From the NCBI GenBank assembly GCA_963813405.1, contig CAWEYU010000005.1:28122-92121 (forward strand): a stretch of 64,000 nt of DNA, written 5' to 3'. Position numbers and translations under genes: made by a program. This document shows positions 1 to 10,266 of this stretch, piece after piece. Every line of letters starts with the position of its first letter. Within the stretch, counting starts at the first letter, position 1. The notes below the pieces were generated by a model that saw only the letters and a program-made list of their open reading frames with translations, ran no database searches and was not told the origin of the DNA. The stretch is from an uncultured Bacteroidales bacterium. Its GTDB lineage: Bacteria; Bacteroidota; Bacteroidia; Bacteroidales; VadinHA17.

Positions 1-136
1 TTTTATTGTTTCTTTCTTAAACACTTATATTGTATTTTTTTAATAATCTCCATTACCTTATTGCACGTTTATCAGTGTTAATAAGGAAAACCTGACTTAC
101 CAGGAAAAGCAACTATCAGGGTGGTTTGCCCGGTCT

Positions 137-2125
137 TCAGAATTTCATTCTTTCCAAAACCGCAATCAGTCTGTCGGCTTTTTCTTCAATCTCTTCAGAT
201 TCTTTTTGTAAACCGATTACAAATTTATTCTCTTCATAAACACCTCTTACAGACCTGAAATCTGCGTCCTTTGTATTTTCGTCCCCGTCAACGCCGAATC
301 CTATTCTGCTACCTGAATCAAATTCTTTTTCAGAATCCTTGAGAACTAAATTATTCACTCTGATAGCATTTGTCTTCCAGTCTGTGACAATCTTAATTAG
401 ACCGTCAATAGAGATGTTTTCAGGTTTATCTCCAGTTTGCTGATGAATGATGCTGGAGCACCATGTCCAGGCATATTTATTGTAATTGTTATAGATTGCT
501 GCAAATTCTTTACCTAATTCTGTAAATGACCTTATTTTGCCGGTTTTAAGTGAATCAACCAGCTCATCAATTTTACTGGCAGGAGAGAATAATCCGCAAA
601 TGTCGACCCATCTTCCCGTTCCATCTGTTCCCTCAGCTTTCAGAATATTTCTTAAGTCCTTTACTGAAGAATTGTCATCCAAAGCATAAATGCGATCAAC
701 CAGCTCCCTGGCGAGATATAATTGCAGTGCCAATTCATAATGCATTCTGCCGGTACTCAAATGAGAGCGGGAGATGATTGTTCCCTTACAATTAACATAG
801 TCCTGATTCTTATCATTTTTTTCATCAAGTTCTTTAAGGGTGTTGATCACATTGACTATTTTGCCAGCAACACAGGGGCTGAATAAACCTAAATGGATCA
901 GGTCGAGCTTATCAGGATCCTTTCTTATGTCTCTTGTTGGCCATTTATCACTGTCTCTGCGTGTTCCGGAAGTGAAAAGGTTCCTTGCAGGTAATAACTC
1001 ACTCTTTCCCTTATTTTCCATAATATAAGAAAACGGGAAACCGGAAGTGTCGATATTTGTGTAATGTTTTCCAAGTACTACAGAAAATGCTCCAATATGG
1101 GCTGGCAATAGAAGGTATGAATAAGAACCTGTTTTGCAGCCACGCTCCAGAATACCCTGGTGTAATGGTCCAAGCTTATACATATGGTTGCTTTGATTGG
1201 TTCCGCTACCTCCGTTGAAAAAAGAAACAAGACTGGCTATCAAAAGTGTTGATTTATGACGGGTTACAGTGTAAGGACCGGCAAAAAGGCTGCTTGCTTC
1301 ACCATGAAATGCTTCGGAATTTGCAAAGAATACCGAATTCTCGGCTGAGTATTGTTTACCCATTGTTACTCCCTGACCTACAAAGCTTTTCTCAAGTAAT
1401 GCTCCTCCATCGACTCTTGATCCTGACAGTATGATAAATTTTCTGGCAATGACCCCTTCGCCAATAATTACAGGTGCCTCCTTACAACTGCTAATGGTTC
1501 CTTCTTCAAGCAAAGAAGCTCCAGTAATAATTGAATAGCTTCCAACAAAAACATTATGAATGATCTGCGAATTGAGTATTCTGGCTCCTGATTGAATCAG
1601 TCCCCTGTCTGAACGTTTTTTTTCACAATAATCCCTGATCAGCCCAAGTAACTTATCTGTGAAATCTTTATCGTGTCTGTAAAGTACGGTTAAGTAGGCT
1701 ATCTGTGAAGAAAGTTTGTCAAAAATTGGCAGTTCCCTGCCACCTCCTTCATTTAAGACCTCTATTTCAGTTCCGTTTCCAAACGTTGACTCTTCTCTGA
1801 CAGCCAGTGAACCTATATTTTCAATTGCTACATTCTCCTCAATAATATAATTTGACAGATCTTTAACTTCTGATATATAAACTTTATCGGAAATATCACA
1901 ATTCCTGATGGTGCTGTTGTAAATTCCGCATTTCCTTATGATATTCTTTTCCACCTCAACAGTTCCGGAAAACAAACCCAGCTTTATTTTACCTTCAAAC
2001 AGGGTATTCCTGATATTCACAGTGGAAAATCCTTCTTTAACAGTAATACCGGTCCAGTTATCGGCAAAACATCCCTGAGAAAGGAGAATATTTATTTCTT
2101 CTTTTGATAATTGCCTGAATGTCAT
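137..2125 (-). CDS. DUF4954-like beta-helix protein, same-strand neighbour of nagB
   Basis: Uninterrupted 662-aa ORF, 16 nt from nagB on the same strand. Short repetitive turn-strand segments (IRNTLFEGKIKLGLFSG, IYNSTIRNCDISDKVYIS) suggest a left-handed beta-helix. The family name is recalled, not searched. Confidence 0.55.
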   Translation of the reverse strand: MTFRQLSKEEINILLSQGCFADNWTGITVKEGFSTVNIRNTLFEGKIKLGLFSGTVEVEKNIIRKCGIYNSTIRNCDISDKVYISEVKDLSNYIIEENVAIENIGSLAVREESTFGNGTEIEVLNEGGGRELPIFDKLSSQIAYLTVLYRHDKDFTDKLLGLIRDYCEKKRSDRGLIQSGARILNSQIIHNVFVGSYSIITGASLLEEGTISSCKEAPVIIGEGVIARKFIILSGSRVDGGALLEKSFVGQGVTMGKQYSAENSVFFANSEAFHGEASSLFAGPYTVTRHKSTLLIASLVSFFNGGSGTNQSNHMYKLGPLHQGILERGCKTGSYSYLLLPAHIGAFSVVLGKHYTNIDTSGFPFSYIMENKGKSELLPARNLFTSGTRRDSDKWPTRDIRKDPDKLDLIHLGLFSPCVAGKIVNVINTLKELDEKNDKNQDYVNCKGTIISRSHLSTGRMHYELALQLYLARELVDRIYALDDNSSVKDLRNILKAEGTDGTGRWVDICGLFSPASKIDELVDSLKTGKIRSFTELGKEFAAIYNNYNKYAWTWCSSIIHQQTGDKPENISIDGLIKIVTDWKTNAIRVNNLVLKDSEKEFDSGSRIGFGVDGDENTKDADFRSVRGVYEENKFVIGLQKESEEIEEKADRLIAVLERMKF

Positions 2126-2141
2126 ATTATTTTTGAATTTT

Positions 2142-2945
2142 TTAAGGAAGATTATGCTGGTTTACATTTTCAATATCATTAAAATACTTTACCGTTTCAA
2201 CCTGTAGCTCCATAGTTGCCGCTTCATCACATACAATAAAACCTTTCTGGTGCAATTGAAGCATTGATACTGTCCACATGTGGCTTATACCGCCTTCTAC
2301 CACTTCTCTCAAAGCCCGCGCTTTAACATAGCCAGTAATAATGATTAATACCTCTTTTGCATCCATAACAGTTCCAACTCCAACTGTGAGAGCCTGGGTT
2401 GGAACCTTTTTCATGTCGCCGTTGAAAAATCTTGAATTCGCAAGTATAGTGTCATAGCTTAAGGTCTTGATTCTCGTTCTTGAAGTGAGTGAAGATCCCG
2501 GTTCATTGAAAGCAATGTGGCCATCAGGGCCAATTCCTCCCAGGAATACATCAATTCCACCACTGGCTAAAATCTTTTTTTCGTAATCAGCACATTCTTT
2601 TTCAAGATCTTTAGCATTTCCATTTAAAATATTTATGTTTCCCTTTGGGATATCAATATGGTTAAAGAGATTATTGTACATAAAATAATGATAGCTTTCC
2701 GTATGATTTTCTGCAAGACCCACATATTCATCCATATTGAATGTGATCACATTTCTGAAAGATATCTCACCAGCTTTGTGTCTCCTGATAAATTCCTTAT
2801 AAACCGGCAGAGGAGAAGAGCCTGTGGGCAAACCAAGTACGAATGGCTTTTCGGGGGTTGGATTTGCTTTTTTGATTTTGTCGATAATATGTGAGGCGGT
2901 CCAATCACCTGCCTCTGACTGGTCCTTTTTAATAATGATTCTCAT
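2142..2945 (-). CDS. nagB: glucosamine-6-phosphate deaminase
   Basis: 267 aa with the NagB signatures [19 protein letters not shown] and [16 protein letters not shown]. Confidence 0.9.
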   Translation of the reverse strand: MRIIIKKDQSEAGDWTASHIIDKIKKANPTPEKPFVLGLPTGSSPLPVYKEFIRRHKAGEISFRNVITFNMDEYVGLAENHTESYHYFMYNNLFNHIDIPKGNINILNGNAKDLEKECADYEKKILASGGIDVFLGGIGPDGHIAFNEPGSSLTSRTRIKTLSYDTILANSRFFNGDMKKVPTQALTVGVGTVMDAKEVLIIITGYVKARALREVVEGGISHMWTVSMLQLHQKGFIVCDEAATMELQVETVKYFNDIENVNQHNLP

Positions 2946-3221
2946 AGCTTTTAAATTAGCAGTAATTTGATAATTACGGTGTTATATTATGAATGAGTTG
3001 AGAAGCATGATCAGGGCATCAGGTTATTTAAGATTTTATACTGACTGAAAAGTTAACCTATTTTCAGGAAAAAATAAAAAATATTTTTCAGGCGTTTTAA
3101 TTACTTTCTGGTAATTTCTGACATAAGATTTATGAGAATATATATTTCAAAAAAGCAAAAAATTCTATGCTCAATAATTGATAATCAGATTCCTCTAATT
3201 TTTCGTAACTTAGCCTCCAAA

Positions 3222-3896
3222 ATGAAAGCCATGAAATCGAAACTTTGTATCATTATTTCAATACTTATAATCCTTATTGCAGTATTTGATGCGAAAGCAC
3301 AGGAGGGAAAAACAATATCCGGCGTGGTCACCAGCTTCAATAATATTCTGTTAAAAAGGGTAAAAGTGTCTGCTGTAAAATCGGGAGAGACTACATTGTC
3401 TGATTCTATCGGCCGGTTTTCAATTAAAAGTTTTAAAAATGATGTCATTACATTTTCAGCCTCAGGCTTTAAGGAGAGAAGGATAAAAGTTGGTAACGAA
3501 AAGTTGTATAAAGTGGACCTGACCTTCAACAATAGTGAAACCAGTATTAAGGATGCAGTTAATAATGGGCATATTTCACAGGATGTTCTGCAAAAGGCGC
3601 TTAAAGCCTTTCAACTTAAGAATGTAAGGGATTTCTCCAAATACACATCAATATTTGAACTTATAAGCAATGAGGTAAATGAAGTAAGAGTAACAGGAAA
3701 TGGAGTTGCTAATAAGAAAGTAAAGTCATTTAATTCATCTCCACAGGTCCTTTATGTAGTTAATGATAAAATTGTCTCCGATATCTCATATATAAATCCC
3801 ACCTATGTGAGCAAAATAGAATTTATTGATGATGTGGGTGCATCATTGTACGGTATGATGGGTGCAAACGGAGTCCTTAAGATCACCCTTAAGTAG
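3222..3896 (+). CDS. secreted protein with a CarboxypepD_reg-like and a plug-like domain
   Basis: The ORF track starts at 3132. The internal ATG at 3222 gives a clean signal peptide (MKAMKSKLCIIISILIILIAVFDAKAQ). It is followed by GKTISGVVTS...DSIGRFSI (carboxypeptidase regulatory-like fold) and a C-terminal GASLYGMMGANGVLKITLK plug-like motif. Confidence 0.55.
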   Translation: MKAMKSKLCIIISILIILIAVFDAKAQEGKTISGVVTSFNNILLKRVKVSAVKSGETTLSDSIGRFSIKSFKNDVITFSASGFKERRIKVGNEKLYKVDLTFNNSETSIKDAVNNGHISQDVLQKALKAFQLKNVRDFSKYTSIFELISNEVNEVRVTGNGVANKKVKSFNSSPQVLYVVNDKIVSDISYINPTYVSKIEFIDDVGASLYGMMGANGVLKITLK

Positions 3897-4116
3897 CTGC
3901 AATTATCCTGAAAATATTGCAATAGCGACTGTCTTGTTTAATAATAGTCAATCATATAACGGTTTTCATTTTGAGAAAGGTTTTACCAAATTGAATTGCC
4001 AATAATTTCTTTTGTAACCCCAATATGCTCATTTAAAACAGATTATCTAATATCAGTTATCCGGCATCAATTTTGGATGAGAATGAAACAGATAATCAGG
4101 GTAAATAAATGTTTAA

Positions 4117-4533
4117 ATGAGAAAGATAATTGACGTACTGGTTGTGGAAGATAATGAATACTACAATAATATACTCTCCAGAGCATTGCGGCGAAGCAGA
4201 CATTTTTCATCGAAAAACCGGAAATATAAACTGGTACTTCATTCAATCATGGATTCTTCGGAGTGTATTCAAAAGATAAATTCAGATAAACTTAAAAATA
4301 ATGACGTAATCGCTTTTGTTGATCATTCCATGACCAAAAATATTCCCGGCACCTATATTCTGAATCTTCTAAAAGGTAAAAGCAATAGTTCTCTATTGAT
4401 TCTTTTATCACAGTCAGGGTTAAACGAAAATAACAGAAAATCAGACCATTACGACTTTATTGTAAAAAAAGATCAATTTGCACCTGCACTTTGTCGTCTT
4501 TATTTTGAACAATTTATGGATAATAACTATTAA
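4117..4533 (+). CDS. stand-alone receiver (REC) domain protein
   Basis: 138 aa. N-terminal VLVVEDNEYYNN and central AFVDHSM fit a CheY-like receiver. It lies directly upstream of the hybrid kinase. Confidence 0.5.
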   Translation: MRKIIDVLVVEDNEYYNNILSRALRRSRHFSSKNRKYKLVLHSIMDSSECIQKINSDKLKNNDVIAFVDHSMTKNIPGTYILNLLKGKSNSSLLILLSQSGLNENNRKSDHYDFIVKKDQFAPALCRLYFEQFMDNNY

Positions 4534-4565
4534 TCATCTGACGTTGTCTATACAAATCGGTTCAG

Positions 4566-6968
4566 GTGAATAAATTTTCATTACAGATTAAGATAGGTCT
4601 ATTAATGTTTATGGCTGTTTTATTGTTATCAGCCACGGGTTATTTATCTTATCATAACATCTCTTCAATTGTCTCCTCAATACATATCGATATCAAACCT
4701 GATGCGCGGCTTCTGGGCATACGGGGTATCTCTATGGATCTTGAAAAAGCTGAAAGCTGTGTACGGCTATATTCCATAACTAAAGATACTTCCGACATTA
4801 TCCCTTATTACAAAATCATTTCAAGAATTGATAATAGAGTAAAGCAATTCCGCAGCGAATCATTGAATGATACTTTATTGACCGACCAGGCAGATACTAT
4901 CAGCAAGCTTATTGAGGAAAACATTATAATATGGAATGAATTGTTGTTTCTGAACCATAACGACAGGGTGATTCAATCGCTCAGACAACTGTCTGACAGT
5001 ATAAACAGTGCATCTGAAAATAACCGTACTTCGGAAAAAGGAATACTGAGACGGGTATTCAGCCGTAGTAATACTGACCAGCTGAAAGAAAAAGAAAAAG
5101 GGCTGGTGAGTGATCTTCAGAAGATAGAACGGCTCGACAGAGATACCAGAGAAAAGCTGATGAAACGGGAGTCGCAGCTGGCTGTAACCAGCCGTGAGAT
5201 TAAGGAGAAGTTTTATGATCTTATAGCAAAGATTGAATATGAGATTTCATCACGTATCGACAAAAAAGCCAGGGCAGCGAACCAATTGGCAGACACAACA
5301 CTTAACTGGCTGATCATGTTTTCTGTTTCAGGTCTTTTGCTGGCAATCCTTGTGATTTTTATTGTTGCGAGGTATGTCAGAAAAACTTATGCCTATCAGG
5401 CGGCTCTTGAAAATTCAAGAGAGGAATCCGAGAAGCTGGTAAAGATGAAAGAGCTGTTCATGGCAAACATCAGCCATGAGATCCGGACACCCGTTACCGC
5501 TATTTCAGGATTTGCTGAGCAGCTTTTACACGGGAATTTTGATGAAGATACTTCCAGGACTCTGTCAATTATAAAGTCTTCCGCCGACCATCTGGTCAGA
5601 GTAATTAATGATATCCTTGATTTTTCAAAACTGCGCATCGGTAAAGTCTCTCTTGAAAAAGTAAACTTCAGCCTCAGGCATATCCTTGAGGAAGTTTATT
5701 CATTATTTGAAATGGAAGCCAGAAATAATAACGATAGCCTGAGCTTCTCAATAAGCCCCGATACTCCGGATGTACTTATCGGAGACCCATATCGCCTTAA
5801 GCAGATCATGTTAAACCTGATAAGTAATTCAGTTAAATTCACCAGGAACGGAACTATTCACTATTCGGTTAAAAGTAATAAAACAGTACCCGGGGAGGTT
5901 GAACTTTTAATTAGTGTTGTCGATTCCGGCATCGGTATAGAAGAGAGTAAGCTTAACCTCATCTTTGATGAATTTACACAGGGAGAGATGAACACAACGA
6001 GAAAATACGGAGGTACAGGGCTTGGTTTGGCCATTGTAAAGAAACTGGTTGAAATGCACAATGGAACAATTGAATGCAAGAGCATAAAGAACCAGGGAAC
6101 TACTATGACATGCAGGATCCCGTTTTTGACAGGTGATGTAAGTCAGAGAGGAAAAGAAAGTTATTCTCTCAGTTCTATCCCCGAGGAGATCAGAGATCTC
6201 AGAATACTCGTTGTTGACGATGAAGAATATAACAGGCTGTTGTTCAAAACCATACTATCCAGATGGAACATGAAGTTCATTGAAGCTGAAGATGGTATGA
6301 GCGCACTTGAATTGTTGAAAAACGATCATTTTGACCTGGTTTTCATGGATATCCGTATGCCTGGAATTGATGGATTAAAGGCAACCCAATTTATCCGTAA
6401 TGAATTGAATATAAATGCATCGGAGATGCCTGTGGTATGTATATCTGCAGCAAGTGTTAGCGAAGACTGGCAAAAATATGAAAAAGCCGGAGTGAATGCC
6501 TTTATTCAGAAACCTTTTACTGAAGAGATACTTCTTACGACAATCCTTTCCGTCATGAAAGAGGTAGCACACGAAAAGATTCCGGAGATAAGTTCTGAAG
6601 AATACGACAAATCCGGCAGTACCGGAAAATTTGATTTACAGAGTCTTTATCTTGTTTCGGGGGGAGATGAAAATTTTACCAGGGAGATGGTGGGTACCTT
6701 TATTACATCCACCAGAAAGGGTCTTAAAGAAATGCATGAGGTCATTTTATCGGGCCGGTGGGATTTTGTTGCTGAGCTCGCACATAAAATGTCACCTCCC
6801 TGTCGTCATATCGGGGCTTCTTATCTTAACAGCCTTTTAAAGCGTGTTGAGGAAGGCATTAAGAACAAAGTCGATACCAGGATTGTTGAAACGCTATATA
6901 TGGATTCTATGAGAGAATTTGAAAAAGTAAGGAGATTATTGAAAGAACAGTTTCCAGGAATTGACTAA
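4566..6968 (+). CDS. hybrid sensor histidine kinase (TM, coiled coil, HisKA, HATPase_c, REC, HPt)
   Basis: GTG start. Two TM segments. H-box MANISHEIRTP, G-box GGTGLGLAIVKKLVEMHNG, receiver ILVVDDEEYN...DLVFMDIRMPGIDG and a C-terminal HPt-like AELAHKMSPPCRHIG. Confidence 0.85.
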   Translation: MNKFSLQIKIGLLMFMAVLLLSATGYLSYHNISSIVSSIHIDIKPDARLLGIRGISMDLEKAESCVRLYSITKDTSDIIPYYKIISRIDNRVKQFRSESLNDTLLTDQADTISKLIEENIIIWNELLFLNHNDRVIQSLRQLSDSINSASENNRTSEKGILRRVFSRSNTDQLKEKEKGLVSDLQKIERLDRDTREKLMKRESQLAVTSREIKEKFYDLIAKIEYEISSRIDKKARAANQLADTTLNWLIMFSVSGLLLAILVIFIVARYVRKTYAYQAALENSREESEKLVKMKELFMANISHEIRTPVTAISGFAEQLLHGNFDEDTSRTLSIIKSSADHLVRVINDILDFSKLRIGKVSLEKVNFSLRHILEEVYSLFEMEARNNNDSLSFSISPDTPDVLIGDPYRLKQIMLNLISNSVKFTRNGTIHYSVKSNKTVPGEVELLISVVDSGIGIEESKLNLIFDEFTQGEMNTTRKYGGTGLGLAIVKKLVEMHNGTIECKSIKNQGTTMTCRIPFLTGDVSQRGKESYSLSSIPEEIRDLRILVVDDEEYNRLLFKTILSRWNMKFIEAEDGMSALELLKNDHFDLVFMDIRMPGIDGLKATQFIRNELNINASEMPVVCISAASVSEDWQKYEKAGVNAFIQKPFTEEILLTTILSVMKEVAHEKIPEISSEEYDKSGSTGKFDLQSLYLVSGGDENFTREMVGTFITSTRKGLKEMHEVILSGRWDFVAELAHKMSPPCRHIGASYLNSLLKRVEEGIKNKVDTRIVETLYMDSMREFEKVRRLLKEQFPGID

Positions 6969-7044
6969 ATTACTGGCAAATCCGATTATCTGAACTTTAA
7001 TTTACCAGTGAACCATTCATGTATAGAATTTTAACAAGACAGTT

Positions 7045-8406
7045 ATGACAGAAACATCTTTCAAGATCTTTGTTGTTGAGGATAGTGAGTGGTACAACAA
7101 ACTTTTGGTCCATACACTTTCTTTAAATCCCGAGTACGAAGTAAAAAGCTTTTTTAATGGTACTGATTTACTTAAAAGTCTGCATGAATCGCCAGATATT
7201 GTCACTCTTGATTACCGCCTGCCTGATATTACCGGACTTGAGCTGTTTAAGAAGATAAGACAGGAAAACAGCGATATCCAGGTAATCCTTATTTCCGAAC
7301 AGCAGGACATAAATACTGTTGTGACCCTTTTAAAACTGGGCGCTGTTGATTATATCACCAAATCCGACGATATTAATGAACGTTTGCTTAACACTGTTAA
7401 GAATATCAGGAACGGCATTGGTCTTAAAAGGGAGATTTCTGTATTGCGGGGTGAAATCCAGAAGAAATATAGTTTCCGCAAAAGCATCCTGGGTGAAAGT
7501 CCGGCTATCAAAGCAGTACATGACCTGATTGATAAAGCCCTGGTTACCAATATTCCTGTCATTATTTCCGGTGAAACAGGAACCGGGAAAGAACTCGTTG
7601 CCAAGGCAATTCATTACAACTCAAAGCGTAAAGACAGATCATTTGTTGCAGTTAATGTTCCGGCAATTCCTTCTGAATTAATAGAAAGCGAATTGTTCGG
7701 TCATGAAAAGGGTGCTTTTACCGGTGCAGCATCCCGTCGGATAGGAAAATTTGAGGAGGCCGACGGCGGTACACTCTTTCTGGATGAGATAGGGGAGATG
7801 GAGATGAATTTGCAGATGAAATTATTACGGGTTTTACAGGAAAAAGAGATAGTGAGAATAGGCAGCAATAAGCCAGTTAAAACAGATTGCAGGATAATTG
7901 CAGCTACAAATAAAAACCTGAAAGGAGCTGTTAAAAACGGGCATTTCAGGGAGGATCTTTATTACAGGCTTTTAGGTTTGCCTGTCGAGTTGCCTCCGTT
8001 AAGAGACAGGGGAAAGGATATATTGATTCTGGCCAGCCATTTTGCAGAAGAATTCTGCAAGGAAAATAATATGGCATTAAAGAAAATATCAGAGCCATCA
8101 CAAAGAAAGCTTATGAATTACTCTTTCCCCGGAAATGTACGTGAACTAAAATCCGTAATTGAGCTTGCTATTACATTATCTCCGGGTGATGAAATAGGAC
8201 CTTCTGACATTGTGATTGATACATCAGATCCTTTATCAAAAGATTCAAATGCCGATCAGACCTTACGTGAATATGAGCTTAAAATTATCAAAACTACCCT
8301 GAAGAGATACAACAATGATATCAAAACTGTTGCTGAAAAGCTGGATATAGGTGCCTCGACTATATACAGGATCCTAAAAGAAGAAAAGGACCCCCCAACC
8401 ACATAA
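7045..8406 (+). CDS. sigma-54-dependent response regulator (REC, AAA+, HTH; NtrC family)
   Basis: Receiver with IFVVEDSEW...IVTLDYRLPDITG. Walker A GETGTGKE. Sigma-54 contact loop GAFTGA. ESELFGHEKGAFTGA. C-terminal Fis-type HTH (AEKLDIGASTIYRILK). Confidence 0.9.
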   Translation: MTETSFKIFVVEDSEWYNKLLVHTLSLNPEYEVKSFFNGTDLLKSLHESPDIVTLDYRLPDITGLELFKKIRQENSDIQVILISEQQDINTVVTLLKLGAVDYITKSDDINERLLNTVKNIRNGIGLKREISVLRGEIQKKYSFRKSILGESPAIKAVHDLIDKALVTNIPVIISGETGTGKELVAKAIHYNSKRKDRSFVAVNVPAIPSELIESELFGHEKGAFTGAASRRIGKFEEADGGTLFLDEIGEMEMNLQMKLLRVLQEKEIVRIGSNKPVKTDCRIIAATNKNLKGAVKNGHFREDLYYRLLGLPVELPPLRDRGKDILILASHFAEEFCKENNMALKKISEPSQRKLMNYSFPGNVRELKSVIELAITLSPGDEIGPSDIVIDTSDPLSKDSNADQTLREYELKIIKTTLKRYNNDIKTVAEKLDIGASTIYRILKEEKDPPTT

Positions 8407-8488
8407 CAGTCAACCTAAGAGAAGCATAGTACAAATAGTTTCCCATACTTAAAGAGGAGGAGAAATTTATGACATTTAATATCAATAG

Positions 8489-8838
8489 TTTCCCCTCCTT
8501 TTCAAGGAGGGGTGGCCGGGAGTATTGATTCTCTGGTATTTACAAGATTTTTCTCCCCGGCCGGGGTGGTTGATTTCTTTCTTATTACCTTTATTTCTAT
8601 GAAAAACAAAAACGGCGAAGTCAGGAGACTTCGCCGAGCAAAATGATTCAATGCATTAATGGATAAACAGATTTGTTTTCCAGGAACCTGAATATTTGAA
8701 GAGTGAGATTAGGAGAGCTTTCAATAACAAAATAGAATAGACCTGAGAATATAATCAACCACCCCGGCCGCAATAAAGTCTTTGCAATAAATTAATCATA
8801 TGCCTGTTGCGGCCACCCCCCTTGAAAAGGAGGGGAAA
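8489..8838 (+). mobile_element. internally deleted DUF559-endonuclease cassette bounded by hairpin-rich inverted repeats (MITE-like derivative)
   Basis: Both ends match the ends of the intact cassette at 51365-51952: an outer palindrome tttcccctccttttcaaggagggg, then ccccggccggggtggttgatt. The ORF is reduced to its start and its last 24 codons. Confidence 0.7.
8599..8740 (+). pseudogene. DUF559 (Vsr-like) endonuclease remnant
   Basis: ATG plus 4 codons (MKNKN) are identical to the intact gene start at 51839. A perfect hairpin ggcgaagtc-agga-gacttcgcc follows (8614-8635). The terminal codons then read NRFVFQEPEYLKSEIRRAFNNKIE-stop, versus NRFVFQEPEYLKSEKRKAFNNKIE in the intact copy. About 235 nt of ORF are missing. 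Confidence 0.75.
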
Positions 8839-8884
8839 CTGGAAGTGCAGATTATCAGATGTTTACAATGTTTATCTCTCTACG

Positions 8885-9007
8885 AAGTAGGTGATTTATT
8901 CTTTTATTTTTAACATTATATTTATGATTAACAAAAACCTCTTCAACCTTTTCAAAACTTTCCTTTCCTTTTGAAGGAGAGCCTGCCCGCATAAGCAGGG
9001 GGAAAGA
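8885..9007. repeat. second, more decayed fragment of the same cassette
   Basis: atgattaacaaaaacctcttcaac (8924-8947) resembles the intact start atgaaaaacaaaaacctcttcaat. It is followed by an IR-like sequence tttcctttccttttgaaggagag...gcagggggaaaga. Confidence 0.45.
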
Positions 9008-9114
9008 ATATTTTCTCAAAATGAGATTAGTTTTCCCAAATTGACCATTGCGTCGATTTGTTCTATTTATTTAATCCACACATTGTGAGCACATTACTCC
9101 GGATAATTATTTCC

Positions 9115-9128
9115 GGCATGTCTCTTGA
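9115..9128 (+). promoter_or_regulatory. candidate sigma-54 (-24/-12) promoter
   Basis: GGCATG-TCTC-TTGA has correct GG-to-G spacing (12 nt) against the consensus GGCACG-N4-TTGC. It has two mismatches, including the C of the -12 GC. It lies about 63 nt upstream of ATG 9191 and downstream of the sigma-54 activator gene. Confidence 0.25.
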
Positions 9129-9190
9129 CTGATTATTCTGCAAACTGAGCATTTTGGATTACCAAGTAAAATAAATAAGGAGAAATCACT

Positions 9191-10189
9191 ATGAAAAACG
9201 AAGAAAGCACAACACAAAATCCGGCAAATAATAATCCCGGGGGGAAATCTGATCAGAAATTTCTGACATATCATGAAAAGACACTCAGAAAGAAAGGTGC
9301 TGCAAGAGGTGCCCTGATTTCAGGTTTAATTGGATTGATTTTAATTGCAACAGTCGCACTGGTATTGCATTCCAGATATACAGTAGAAAAAGAACAGCAA
9401 CGGGCTCAGATGGAAATGCAGAAACAAGGATTTAATGACCAGTTAACAGCCCGCGATGCAGAGATCAATAGCTGGATGACAACCTTTGATGAGATCGAAA
9501 ATGATATGAAAATCATTAAACAAAAGGAGAATCTCCTGGCAGTAAAGTCAGCAGGTAGTGAACTTAGTAAGGACAAAAAACAACAAGTCCTTGCTGATTT
9601 TAAATATCTGCAAACACTCATGGAGCAAAACAGGGCCAAAATTGCTTCATTAAACGAACAGTTAAGGAAGTCAGGAATTTCGATAAAAGGTCTTGAGACA
9701 AGAATTGCATCTCTGGAAACTTCAATGAAAGAGAGTGAAACCCAAATATCTGATTTAAAGACCACACTGGCCGGCAAAGAAATCCAGATCGTTGACCTCA
9801 ATACGAAGGTTACCGGTTTAACAACCACTATTGCTGCAAAGGATGAAACAATCAATGAACAAGTCAGTGAGATGAACAAAGCCTATGTTGTTTCGGGTAC
9901 CTATAAGGATCTGAAAGAAAAAGGAATTGTAGCAAAAGAAGGAGGATTTCTCGGACTCGGTAAGAAAGAGGTTTTAAGCGCAAGCTTTTCAGATAGCTCT
10001 TTCTCTAAAATAGACCTCTCTGCAACAAAAACCATTCCTGTGAATTCGAAAGAAGCAAAGCTTATTACGGATCATCCTGCCGGTTCATATGAATTGATAC
10101 GTGAGAATAACAAAGTTGCTTACATCGAGATAAAAGATGCCAGTCAGTTCTGGAAGATTTCGAAGTATGCAGTTGTAGAAATAAGATAG
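9191..10189 (+). CDS. membrane-anchored coiled-coil protein, function unknown
   Basis: 332 aa. One TM segment (ALISGLIGLILIATVALVL). A Q/E/K-rich heptad-like stretch of about 170 aa. A conserved-looking globular C-terminus (KAYVVSGTYKDLKEKGIV...WKISKYAVVEI). Confidence 0.6.
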   Translation: MKNEESTTQNPANNNPGGKSDQKFLTYHEKTLRKKGAARGALISGLIGLILIATVALVLHSRYTVEKEQQRAQMEMQKQGFNDQLTARDAEINSWMTTFDEIENDMKIIKQKENLLAVKSAGSELSKDKKQQVLADFKYLQTLMEQNRAKIASLNEQLRKSGISIKGLETRIASLETSMKESETQISDLKTTLAGKEIQIVDLNTKVTGLTTTIAAKDETINEQVSEMNKAYVVSGTYKDLKEKGIVAKEGGFLGLGKKEVLSASFSDSSFSKIDLSATKTIPVNSKEAKLITDHPAGSYELIRENNKVAYIEIKDASQFWKISKYAVVEIR

Positions 10190-10224
10190 ATATATAGTCA
10201 GGCTGCAGTACCCAATACTGTCGT

Positions 10225-10266
10225 AACCGGCGGAGGGATTTCTTCCTTAGCGCCGGTTTTTTTTGT
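10225..10266 (+). terminator. rho-independent terminator
   Basis: 8-bp stem aaccggcg/cgccggtt (10225-10232 / 10251-10258) followed by a T run of at least 8. Confidence 0.65.

Noticed and set aside
3132-3221. Upstream 30 codons of ORF 3132.
   Set aside because: The internal ATG at 3222 yields a canonical signal peptide. The upstream part is AT-rich, promoter-like sequence.
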